Positions 19,558-29,256 of a stretch of DNA of 64,000 nucleotides are shown in pieces. The DNA comes from an uncultured virus (IMG/VR IMGVR_UViG_3300009036_000501) (Duplodnaviria; Heunggongvirae; Uroviricota; Caudoviricetes): IMG/VR virus record IMGVR_UViG_3300009036_000501. One strand, written 5' to 3'. Positions within the stretch are counted from its first letter, which is position 1. Each line of letters opens with the position of its first letter. Below the pieces are notes generated by a model that was given only the letters and a program-made list of their open reading frames with translations, made no database searches and was not told where the DNA came from. Both the position numbers and the translations under genes were made by a program.

Positions 19558-21717
19558 TTGGCTTCAATCACATTAGATCTTGACCCTAACGGTCTTCCTA
19601 TTAAAATCAATTTGCGATGCGATTATGCTGAGAATGATACAGCGAAAAGTGTTATTGGTAGCTATTTTAACAAGACGAAGTCATGTTGGACATATCCTTT
19701 TGATGTCCCCACATATAATGAAATACTAGAAAAATTCCCTGGTTCTGAGTCTGCACAGGCAGAACAAGTTATGCGAGAACTGATGGAACAAACTAACAAA
19801 ATTCTCGAAATAAAATCAGCAGAGGATGCCACACTCAAGTCGAAATTATCAAAATTCTTGTATAACTACCAGCGTGTGGCTGTTAAACTCATGGGAGAAA
19901 TCGACAACCCTCTACTGGCTGATGACATGGGTATTGGGAAAACTCTTGAATCTATCTGTACATGTGAGGAGGTAAATGAAGGAACTTCGTATGAAGATCT
20001 TCGCATATTAGTTGTTTGTCCAAACTCTCTAAAGTGGACATGGGCAGATGAGATCGAGACTTGGAAATCTAGAACTGGCACATATGACCCTGACAAAACT
20101 GTGCGGGTTATAGATGGCACCCCTAAACAGAAGAAGAAACAATGGGCACACCCAGGAAAGTATACTATCATCAACTACGAGGCGCTGACCACTGCAGGTG
20201 AGGTTTATTTCGCAGATGTGGATAAAGTAGAAGCATCACTGCTTAAACGTAATGAAAAAAGAGTGGCCGCTGGTTTACCACCTAAAAAAGCGAGTAAAAA
20301 GATTTGGGAAGATGAGCGTCCAGATAGAGTTTGGGACATTCTCATAGTAGATGAAGGTCATCGCATCAAAAATAGAAAGAGCGTGTATACGGAAGCTATC
20401 AAATCAATCAAGGCCAACAAAGTCATCGTGGTGACAGGTACACCTATTATGAACCGAGTGGACGAGTTGTGGTCCATCTTGAATCGTTTATACCCCACCA
20501 AATACACATCTTATTGGAACTTCGTAGACAAATATTGTGAAGTGACAGAGACCAGATTCGGTAAAAAAATAACAGGGACAAAAAACCTTGAGCAATTAAA
20601 ACAAGAGTTGGCGCCCATAATGATCAGACGGACCAAAGAAGAAATAATGGAAGACCTTCCCGACAAGTCTTACCAAAAGATCTTGGTGGAAATGACCCCA
20701 GTGCAGAAAAAGCTCTACTATGAGATGAAAAACAATCTCATCACATATTACATGAAGCCAATACTAGATGTGGATGCTCGTACACTAACTGATCATCTAC
20801 GTGATAATAGGATGGCGGAAAAGATGCTCATACATTTTAGTACCGATCCAGACTCAGAAAAGTATGTAGAAACATGCGAAGAGGAGAAGGCTGAGTTGCA
20901 ACAAGCGCTCAGGAAATCCAAAGAAAAGCATGTAGTAATAGATACTAGGACAGTAAACTTAGCAGACTATGTGGATGAATCATCAGAAAAGGATGATAAA
21001 GAGAAAATGAAAGATGCAGAGATCGCTTTTCTTTCTCAATCCCTTGAAAAGTTCCGAAACAAAGATGAACGTGTTGCTATAATTATATCATCTACACCAG
21101 TATACAAGAATGTGGTGGACAGTGTAGGAAAGCTCTCTGCAACTACATTGCTAGCACAAACTACGCGGCTGCGCCAAATTGCGATTTCGGCAGGACTGAT
21201 TGCATCTGACTACAAAGCAGATGCACCAAAGATTGATACTTTTATGGATGTGTTGCCGGATTACTTGGAAAATAACAAAAAAGTGGTAGTAATGACCCAA
21301 TTTGCACAAGCGCTTGAGCTGGTTAAACCCAGACTGGAGGCGGCGGGCATCAAGTACGTGTCTCTTACTGGAGAGGTGCCTATCCCAGAAAGACGAGAGA
21401 TAGTAAAAACCTTCCAAAATGACACCGAAACCAAAGTGTTTTTATGTACTATCAAGGCGGGTGGTGTAGGTATAACCCTTACACGTGCATCCACCATCTT
21501 CTTCCTAGATCGTGATTGGACACCAGCAATGAATGAACAAGCAGAAGACCGTTTGCACCGTACAGGTCAAAAAGACAACGTCCTTGTCGTAGACTTGATA
21601 GCAAAAAATACTGTTGAAGCACACGTGTGGCAACTGTTGCGAGAAAAGCAAGATATCTTCAATCAAGTAATAGATACCTCCACTATCATAGACATACTCA
21701 AGCTCCCAACAGATTAG
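19558..21717 (+). CDS. SNF2-family helicase/translocase
   Basis: LADDMGIGKT, DEGH, TGTP, GGVGITL, QAEDRLHRTGQ; TTG start after GGAGGAGG. Confidence 0.9.
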   Translation: MASITLDLDPNGLPIKINLRCDYAENDTAKSVIGSYFNKTKSCWTYPFDVPTYNEILEKFPGSESAQAEQVMRELMEQTNKILEIKSAEDATLKSKLSKFLYNYQRVAVKLMGEIDNPLLADDMGIGKTLESICTCEEVNEGTSYEDLRILVVCPNSLKWTWADEIETWKSRTGTYDPDKTVRVIDGTPKQKKKQWAHPGKYTIINYEALTTAGEVYFADVDKVEASLLKRNEKRVAAGLPPKKASKKIWEDERPDRVWDILIVDEGHRIKNRKSVYTEAIKSIKANKVIVVTGTPIMNRVDELWSILNRLYPTKYTSYWNFVDKYCEVTETRFGKKITGTKNLEQLKQELAPIMIRRTKEEIMEDLPDKSYQKILVEMTPVQKKLYYEMKNNLITYYMKPILDVDARTLTDHLRDNRMAEKMLIHFSTDPDSEKYVETCEEEKAELQQALRKSKEKHVVIDTRTVNLADYVDESSEKDDKEKMKDAEIAFLSQSLEKFRNKDERVAIIISSTPVYKNVVDSVGKLSATTLLAQTTRLRQIAISAGLIASDYKADAPKIDTFMDVLPDYLENNKKVVVMTQFAQALELVKPRLEAAGIKYVSLTGEVPIPERREIVKTFQNDTETKVFLCTIKAGGVGITLTRASTIFFLDRDWTPAMNEQAEDRLHRTGQKDNVLVVDLIAKNTVEAHVWQLLREKQDIFNQVIDTSTIIDILKLPTD

Positions 21718-21834
21718 ACCAATTCCGAACGAGGCCACAACATACTTAGTGTTGTGGCCTCCTGAATTATACTGACAGGGGTATACAGATCATGTTTTAA
21801 TTCCAGCACAATATAAAGGACTTGAGGTGTTTCT

Positions 21835-23838
21835 ATGTCATCCACAGCAGGACTCGATGGAGATTTGTTGGCAAGCATGCTAAAAATTCGGGCGGCTTTT
21901 ACTGAGAGCATTCCAAACAAGAGCGAAACGTATACCATTCGGAAAGACCAGATTGAAATGGCAGAACGGATCTGGTTAACTTTCAAAAATAATGAGAGCA
22001 TTCTGATTGAAGCGCAAACAGGTGTCGGAAAGTCAAATGCATATCTGGTACCTATCATACTCAATGCGGACGGCGAAAACACGCCTCCTGTCGTTATTGC
22101 TACAGGAACCAAAGTATTGCAAGATCAGTTGATCAGAACTATTCCTTTCCTTTTGGAAGCACTCGATAAAAGAAAAGTTAAAGTGGCAGTCCTAAAAGGA
22201 AAAGGAAACTATTTGTGTAAATACAAATATGAAAAGGCGATGTCAACTCACAGCATCCCTCGCTATCTTTATGATAAATGTCGAACATCAAAAGAAGTTG
22301 ATGATCTACAGCTCCAAGGACCGGCCATGGATCACGGATATAAGGTTGTAGCGGATGACGACTGCATGGGGAAAAAATGTATGTATTACCACAAATGCCC
22401 GATGATTGAAGCTCGTAAGGAAGCAAGAAAAGCAAACATTATTATTACTAATCACCATGTGGCTATGTACGATATTAAGTACCCAACAGCTAAACTACTG
22501 CCTGAATATAAGCAAATTGTATTTGATGAGGGACATAACCTACCTGGTGTTATGTCGTCTGTTTACACTCGCACTATCTCACAGAATCAGGTCAAAAAGT
22601 TATTTAAAGAAGCAATTGACTTGCTCCCTTCTGACGAAAGAAGGATGAGAGAATTGCTAGAAGATGCCGATGACATTAGTAGCATCTTTTTTGATTCATT
22701 GATGCCTCCTACAGGCACATCAGATACCTCTCCTTTCTTGGTAAGTCAAACAGCTTTTGACTTCAACCGAGCCCTGACTTTAGCAAGATTATGTGAAGAA
22801 GTCATAAGAGATGGCTCTGGGAATCCCCACAGATACATCAATATATTCCAAAGTGATAATCCAGAAGATGATGATGGTGAGTTGCTACACAAAGCAAATA
22901 GAATCACGGAAAAACTCTCTTCTCTAGCCAAGGATATCCAATTTATCTCCAAGATGCACAAACACTTTGCTGCATGGGCGGAGTATCGATATAAGCAAGG
23001 TAGAACACGGGAAAAATATGTGGTACTAAATTATACTCCGCTGGACATAGGCGCACTCTTCCAGAAAGAATTCGTGGAAAAAGAAGCATCTGTTGTCGTT
23101 GTATCTGCAACATTGGGTGCTGGGGGGAAAGCCAAATACTTCCAAAAGATACTAGGGTATGATAGATCTGAAAGGAATATAGACTTCCTGAGTTATCAGT
23201 CACCCTTCGATTATGAAAACAATGCTAGGGTGTTCATACCACAGATGGAAAGCAAACCAAGTAGCCCTGAGTATGTAGAAGAATGCGGCCAAAATGTACT
23301 TAAAATTGTGAACATGATGGATGGGCGTTCCCTTGTCCTGTGCACAAGTTACAATGCTATGAAGACTCTGAAAGAATATGTGGAATCTAGAGTATCTTAC
23401 AACTGCTTGATGCAAGGAGATATGCCAACACGAGACTTGGTGGATGCCTTTAAGAAAGATAAGCATAGTGTATTATTTGCAACTCGTTCATTCTGGGAGG
23501 GCGTGGATGTGCCCGGAGATTCTCTTTCTTGTGTTATTCTCGATAAGTTACCCTTCCCGGGACAACACGACCCAGTAGTCAAAGCGACTATGGAATACTT
23601 TGAGCACCGCAGTCTCAATTCCTTCAAAATGTATAGTATCCCCGAGGCTGTCATGTTGTTCAAACAAGGCATTGGTAGACTTATACGTAGCGAAGAGGAT
23701 AAGGGAGTAATGGCCATACTTGATAACAGAGTCATAGATAGTAGTTATGCAGAACTATTTCAAGAAGCCCTTCCTCCATCACCTGTTGTGCGGACATACG
23801 AAGAACTGCAAGACTGGCTGACAAAAGAAAATGTATAA
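21835..23838 (+). CDS. dinG: DinG/YoaA-family Fe-S helicase
   Basis: AQTGVGKS, KGKGNYLC, Cys cluster, DEGH, SATL, SPF, FWEGVD, QGIGRLIR. Confidence 0.9.
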   Translation: MSSTAGLDGDLLASMLKIRAAFTESIPNKSETYTIRKDQIEMAERIWLTFKNNESILIEAQTGVGKSNAYLVPIILNADGENTPPVVIATGTKVLQDQLIRTIPFLLEALDKRKVKVAVLKGKGNYLCKYKYEKAMSTHSIPRYLYDKCRTSKEVDDLQLQGPAMDHGYKVVADDDCMGKKCMYYHKCPMIEARKEARKANIIITNHHVAMYDIKYPTAKLLPEYKQIVFDEGHNLPGVMSSVYTRTISQNQVKKLFKEAIDLLPSDERRMRELLEDADDISSIFFDSLMPPTGTSDTSPFLVSQTAFDFNRALTLARLCEEVIRDGSGNPHRYINIFQSDNPEDDDGELLHKANRITEKLSSLAKDIQFISKMHKHFAAWAEYRYKQGRTREKYVVLNYTPLDIGALFQKEFVEKEASVVVVSATLGAGGKAKYFQKILGYDRSERNIDFLSYQSPFDYENNARVFIPQMESKPSSPEYVEECGQNVLKIVNMMDGRSLVLCTSYNAMKTLKEYVESRVSYNCLMQGDMPTRDLVDAFKKDKHSVLFATRSFWEGVDVPGDSLSCVILDKLPFPGQHDPVVKATMEYFEHRSLNSFKMYSIPEAVMLFKQGIGRLIRSEEDKGVMAILDNRVIDSSYAELFQEALPPSPVVRTYEELQDWLTKENV

Positions 23839-23913
23839 TTCTTTATGTAGTTATATTGCACATACATTCCTAAGTATGTTATAATGTTGTATACAAAAAA
23901 GGAGGCTATTTGG

Positions 23914-24189
23914 ATGAGTTGGAAAATCGAAATTAAGAAGGTCACATCCACAGCAAAAGGATCTGTGACTGTGGACGGTACAGCATATGGAGAAGGTAAA
24001 GACGCCAAGGTAGATTTCAATGGCAAGTACAATGCAAAAGATCAAGAGTGGGAGTCTTTCAGCTCCAAAACAGCAGACCCTTCCATTATTAAGTCTACAC
24101 CATCCTCGGAACTGTCGGATGTAGTAAAAGATATTGCGGCACAGGTATACGAACTTGCCCACGAAAAAGAGTGGGGCGAGGAAGAATAA
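23914..24189 (+). CDS. Small hypothetical protein
   Basis: AGGAGG RBS, own promoter, terminator at 24196-24225. Confidence 0.7.
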   Translation: MSWKIEIKKVTSTAKGSVTVDGTAYGEGKDAKVDFNGKYNAKDQEWESFSSKTADPSIIKSTPSSELSDVVKDIAAQVYELAHEKEWGEEE

Positions 24190-24298
24190 TAAAGCAGCCC
24201 TTGAGATCCCCCCTCAAGGGCTTTTGCATGCCTAGATTCTTGACCTGAAATACATAGATGATTTATAATACCTATATAAATATGTGGGGAGTGTTGTT

Positions 24299-25774
24299 AT
24301 GATGTTAAATAGTGTAGTTGTGAGGACATTGGCCTCTATTTCCAGTGAAGTTTATTATGTAGGGGGATTCGTACGAGACTTGTTGTTGGGGCGACCCTCG
24401 AAAGATGTAGACATCGCTACTGATATTCCGTATCAAGAAGTGATTAATGCGCTTAAAGGTGTGGGGCTGAATCCAGTGGTGATAAATCAAGATCTGAATG
24501 TAGTTCAGGTTAAAGAAGATGGTATAGAGTTTGAAATCGCTCGATTCCGTACTGAATCATACCCAAAAGGCGGGTCACTTCGGCCTGAGTCCTATAACTT
24601 TATTCGGGATGTAGTGAAGGACTTAGAAAGAAGAGATTTTACAATTAACGCCATAGCCTTACATGTGCAATGCCCCTCAGCGGTTGCCGTAGAAGAGTAT
24701 TTGGTGGATCCATTTTTCGGCGTCGCTGATATTAAAGCCAAGGCGTTACGCGCTGTGGGGTATAATGAGTCTTACATGAACGGTTTAAACCGGTTCAAAG
24801 AGAGTCCCGTTCGGATCATGAGGGGACACCGATTCGTTGCACAACTGGGATTCCAGATGGATTTGGGCACCTTTGAAGCTGTCAAAGAATGCTCCCCTAT
24901 GTTGTCTGATGTCGCCAAAGTACCCACGGAACAAGTAGCACGTGAGTTCCTCAAACTTCTCGCATCTCCATATGCGTCAGAAGGTGTAAGAAGTATGCAA
25001 AGAGCTAATACTTTAGGTGTGGTACTTCCTGAAATGGCTCACTTGCCTGGTCATGAACAAAATCCAAAATACCATACATTAGACGCTTTTGACCATACTC
25101 TGCAAGTCCTAGACGGCGCTGTAGAGAATGGGGAAGACTTGCCTATGCTTTTGTCCACATTTTTGCATGACTGCGCCAAAGGCATTTACAAAAACACATA
25201 TTATGTGGAAACTTACTCTCAGCAAGATATGCCGCAGAATGATTTGGACCACGATGACAGGGGTGCTGACCTAGCATACGATATTTGTGTGAATAAGTTT
25301 CAAGTTGGTAAAGATGTAGCTAAGCAAGTACGTACACTTGTGAAGTTTCATATGATTAGGTGTTCTTTAGAGCGTGCATCATTTGTTCGTTTTGTACGTA
25401 AGGTTGCCTCTCATTGCACCTCGAAAAACCAATTGAAAGAAATGTTAGAACGGCTGATCCGGCACAAAACCTATGACAATCGTGCAAGTAAAGTAGCGGC
25501 CGAAGGAGATCTAATTAAGCTTGAAAATCTCTATAAGAGTGTAATTGATAGCACTTATTTCTACCCCCACGAAATGATGATATGTGGGAAAGATGTCATT
25601 AATTTGATTCCTGAATATGACCAGAAGACTCATGGTAAAATGGTAGGAGACATTCTACGGAGATGTCTGCTTCTGATACAACAACATCCAGAACGCAACA
25701 GTGTTGAAGAACTTACATCTTATGTGGAGAAGCAGGTGAATGTTCGGGGCATTCAATCGACACCATTGGTCTAG
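24299..25774 (+). CDS. cca: Class II tRNA nucleotidyltransferase (CCA-adding-like) with HD domain
   Basis: VGGFVRD...DVDIAT, RRDFTINA, motif D variant ESPVR, HD domain (DHT...LHD..K). Confidence 0.85.
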   Translation: MMLNSVVVRTLASISSEVYYVGGFVRDLLLGRPSKDVDIATDIPYQEVINALKGVGLNPVVINQDLNVVQVKEDGIEFEIARFRTESYPKGGSLRPESYNFIRDVVKDLERRDFTINAIALHVQCPSAVAVEEYLVDPFFGVADIKAKALRAVGYNESYMNGLNRFKESPVRIMRGHRFVAQLGFQMDLGTFEAVKECSPMLSDVAKVPTEQVAREFLKLLASPYASEGVRSMQRANTLGVVLPEMAHLPGHEQNPKYHTLDAFDHTLQVLDGAVENGEDLPMLLSTFLHDCAKGIYKNTYYVETYSQQDMPQNDLDHDDRGADLAYDICVNKFQVGKDVAKQVRTLVKFHMIRCSLERASFVRFVRKVASHCTSKNQLKEMLERLIRHKTYDNRASKVAAEGDLIKLENLYKSVIDSTYFYPHEMMICGKDVINLIPEYDQKTHGKMVGDILRRCLLLIQQHPERNSVEELTSYVEKQVNVRGIQSTPLV

Positions 25775-25881
25775 CATCTTATCAATATTGGTGAGCAACA
25801 CTGCTTCGAATCAGCAATAAGAATGGCGTGAACCTAATTGTGTCCACGTATTTTTGGGCAGAGAAGAGCGTTCCGAAGTAT

Positions 25882-25918
25882 AAATAGAGGAGACCATTAT
25901 CTTTGGTCTCCTCTATTT
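25882..25918. terminator. Bidirectional terminator
   Basis: AAATAGAGGAGACCA...TGGTCTCCTCTATTT perfect 15-bp stem. Confidence 0.75.
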
Positions 25919-28329
25919 GTTGTTTTTATAGGTGATCCATTTCCATGGAGTAAAGGGTGGTGCTCAAAAACCTCATCGATTTCTGCCAGTTTATCTAACC
26001 GTAACAAAGTGTACCTACCCGTACTGCGCTCACCATTGATAGGATTAGGCACATTCAGCTTGAATTGAGATGGTGCTAAAACCAAGCCATCTCCACCACT
26101 ACGCTTCGCCCTTTCAAAAGCTGAATTTAGATAGGGTTGTATATTACCAAAAGTGTGTACTTCTTTTGAGTTGTGAAGAGATCTATTTAACTCGGTTATC
26201 AGTAGTTCCAACTTTATAGCGACAAACTTATGTGTGTATACACATGCCTCCATGGCTTTTCCTCTCCCATACTGTCCAGGAGTATCTGAGGTGCGCTGAC
26301 CCACCATCGCTATGTTCCCCTCCCCGTACACTCCAGAACTGTGCATAGACCGTGTACGTAAATGAGTTGCAAAATCTTGTAAGAAATGTTCTAGAGGGTT
26401 TTTGCTGGCTTGGGTAGCAATACTAGAGTTGAACTCATCCAAAGAGTAAATGAGATCATACACATCATTGGAGCTATATCCTACATCTGAGTCTAATTTG
26501 AACTCCTTACACAACTTCAAGAAAAAATGCAGTCCCGTTTGTATAGCAGATAACATTGCCATTTGTCTTTCTGATATATCCAAGTTATTTGCTCTTTTAT
26601 TTTGCTCGTTTGCCTTTAAATACATTTTTACAGTATCTTTCACTTCATCATCATCCTGTCTCATGCTCCACAAGCTGTAACCAACAATGAAGTTTTTATC
26701 TTTGAAGTCCCTGAAAAGATCTGCGGTATGTTTTGCTGTATCTCCCTCCGATGTGCCTTTGAGAGAGCCATCAATACTAACCTGTATTGTCCTGTCAGTT
26801 ATCGAGTCTGCTTGGATAAATCTCTGTCCCAATGACAACAGGGGATTGCGCATCTTGTATCTGAACTGGCCCTGACCGCCTTCTCCACGACCTAGCTTCC
26901 GTTCTATGCCCTTTATATAAACATTTTTCATGATAGCATGAACTTTTTTCATCTTCTCGCTGTCCCAGCCATCATCTTGGTTACCTCCGCCATATTCATC
27001 ACAAATCAAAGGTATCGTATAGGATACAGTCAGCATCTTTGACAGCGCAGGAGTACTGGGTGGATAGTTGTTGATGGTATGTGAAGCATGCCCAAAAAAG
27101 GGTGCTAATGCCCCTACAGTTAGGGTTTTTCCGGATCCTGGTTGTCCTGCCACATGAAATATAGGAAACTCATTAATGGCCTGCCTAATGTTGTATTCAT
27201 GTACAGTGCTGAAAAAGAACCCACCCAACTTTAGCATAACATCTTTTTTGTTCAACTTGAGAAAATTCTGAGCAACAAACTTCAACACCTTAGGCCATTG
27301 TTGCTCCGTATATTTCATGTTTCCGTATATATCAGTGCTTGATTCATCGTCATCGTCCAACCGGATTTTGGGGTGAACAAACACAACATTTTCTGCTACA
27401 GTTCCATCGTGGGTGTAGACTTTTCCAGAGGGAGTGCAAAAGTATTTGGTCAGGTCGCCCTTAAACCTTTCATATCCAAGCACTGTTGTGCCCTTCTTTT
27501 GTGCATACTCTTGACCAACCCAATCTAAGTCAGTCAGTTTATATGAGAGACCACGCATATGTGATTGTGGAAAAAATGTGCGTGGTTCAACTATTCCTGC
27601 TTGCAAACCTATAGCGTCCTGAAGATTTTTCACAGTATTGAAGTCATCTGTATTTAGAAAAACATTCAGGCTTGATTTGCTCGGGTTTTGTGGGCATAAC
27701 AAAAACTCACTGTATACTTTGCTTATATCTTGGTTATGAACCTCAATCTTAGACATGGGTTGAAGCAAATAGTTAGTGACCTCTATATCTTTAGTGGTCT
27801 TTCCGTTGTTTTTTGACTCCTGTATCCAATAGGCCCCGTCACGTTCTAAAACTACCACATCTTCATACCCTTGCCAAGCATTTTTACACACACTCTGGAG
27901 AGATTGGTATATATCTTCCCTAGTGATATTGGCATTAAAATGCTCGATTTTCTCTTCTCTTTCAGATTGAGACGCATGGGGGTTATCCTTCAACCACTTG
28001 ATCACTTTATGCAACCTAGCACGGGATGGTGCCGATATCTTATTAGTCTCTTGAAACACACCTTGTTTCAAGTGAAGAGCTAGAGCATCTAAGTGTTCAT
28101 CCCGCATTGTCTCCTCATCGACTTGATAATCATGATTGATCACCTTTTTCAGCATGTAAGAATCAAATAACACGAGAGGACCTATGGCCTGTACAAGCGA
28201 ACTGATTGAGTTGTATTGTTGGGTCAGTGTGGTGTGATGGTTTACTACACCATTCACGCTTTTGTTTGGTTTGGCAGGCTTATTCTGTGCATTCGTTTTG
28301 GACGGAATGTTGTTGGTGTTCGTTGTCAT
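25897..28329 (-). CDS. DUF927/Cch-like P-loop helicase or replication initiator
   Basis: Walker A GQPGSGKT, Walker B LICDEY, R..GR motif, ITDRTI; adjacent to the candidate origin. Confidence 0.6.
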   Translation of the reverse strand: MTTNTNNIPSKTNAQNKPAKPNKSVNGVVNHHTTLTQQYNSISSLVQAIGPLVLFDSYMLKKVINHDYQVDEETMRDEHLDALALHLKQGVFQETNKISAPSRARLHKVIKWLKDNPHASQSEREEKIEHFNANITREDIYQSLQSVCKNAWQGYEDVVVLERDGAYWIQESKNNGKTTKDIEVTNYLLQPMSKIEVHNQDISKVYSEFLLCPQNPSKSSLNVFLNTDDFNTVKNLQDAIGLQAGIVEPRTFFPQSHMRGLSYKLTDLDWVGQEYAQKKGTTVLGYERFKGDLTKYFCTPSGKVYTHDGTVAENVVFVHPKIRLDDDDESSTDIYGNMKYTEQQWPKVLKFVAQNFLKLNKKDVMLKLGGFFFSTVHEYNIRQAINEFPIFHVAGQPGSGKTLTVGALAPFFGHASHTINNYPPSTPALSKMLTVSYTIPLICDEYGGGNQDDGWDSEKMKKVHAIMKNVYIKGIERKLGRGEGGQGQFRYKMRNPLLSLGQRFIQADSITDRTIQVSIDGSLKGTSEGDTAKHTADLFRDFKDKNFIVGYSLWSMRQDDDEVKDTVKMYLKANEQNKRANNLDISERQMAMLSAIQTGLHFFLKLCKEFKLDSDVGYSSNDVYDLIYSLDEFNSSIATQASKNPLEHFLQDFATHLRTRSMHSSGVYGEGNIAMVGQRTSDTPGQYGRGKAMEACVYTHKFVAIKLELLITELNRSLHNSKEVHTFGNIQPYLNSAFERAKRSGGDGLVLAPSQFKLNVPNPINGERSTGRYTLLRLDKLAEIDEVFEHHPLLHGNGSPIKTTNRGDQR

Positions 28330-28546
28330 GTGAGTTCTGTAGCCTCCATTCGTCCTTTTTCCGTTTCAACTCCTCATATTGTTTTTCCAGAGCACTCACC
28401 CGATCTTTATCTCCACGCAGTTTTGCCATATACTTCAAGCTGCTCACAGATTTCATCTCACGAACATATGGGTGGTTATTTACATACTCCTTATTATACT
28501 GGCGCATGTTTGCACGTCTACGTTCCAACACATCTTTATTACCCAC
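28280..28546 (-). CDS. Small basic helical protein overlapping the helicase start
   Basis: GTG start after GAGGTGG; promoter TTGACA-17-TAAAAT at 28615-28587. Confidence 0.55.
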   Translation of the reverse strand: MGNKDVLERRRANMRQYNKEYVNNHPYVREMKSVSSLKYMAKLRGDKDRVSALEKQYEELKRKKDEWRLQNSHDNEHQQHSVQNECTE

Positions 28547-29256
28547 TCAGTACCACCTCTTTAGATTTTAAGTATGTGTGTTACTCATTTTAACATGTAT
28601 TATGTGTTTTGTCAAGTATCCAAGGAGGTCTTACAAATAAGTGTGAAGGATAATACATTGCTCAAGAAAAGAGATTTTCTACTATTTTGGTGCAATACAA
28701 TGTATGAGCATAATTTAGCACGAATATGACCTCTATTTAGACATGATACTTCTAGGATACTGTTAAGACCTGCTGACGTCTAGATCATACTAGTGCACAC
28801 TTGTCAAGTATCATGGTGTGCGCAAAATGTTCCTTCTGGAAAGGGGCGGCGTCTCATCATGCTTCGGGGCTTTCGTGGAAAGGTGTAGGGGTGCCCTGCA
28901 CCTGACAGTATCAAAGGCGGTACCTAGGGTCTTAAACAACGATTTTCTGAAAAGTATATTTCTGTGAAAAGTATGCGAGTCTTTCCAGAAAAAGGCTAAG
29001 TACCCCAAGTAACATAGCAACAAAAGCGTCCCTTGCCAACAAGATTATCGCTGTCCGACGGGAAAGAAGCTTTGTGTGAAAAGTATTCTCAAGCCCAAGT
29101 AACATATTGACACGTTGCACGCCTTTCCAGAAAAGATTTTTCGGAGTCATCCTTGTGTGCAAGACGGGGGTGGTAGTGGTGTGATACGCCGAATGATACT
29201 TAGTGTACTCACTCTTCCACAAGATGTAGAGGCAACATTTCGTGAATGTCATGCAG

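Noticed and set aside
25040..25360. HD domain as the DatZ dATPase of a Z pathway
   Set aside because: It is the HD domain normally fused to long-form CCA-adding enzymes
25775..25880. tRNA next to the cca gene
   Set aside because: Contains TTCGAATC but I could not build a cloverleaf or acceptor stem; a tRNAscan-SE/ARAGORN run would settle it
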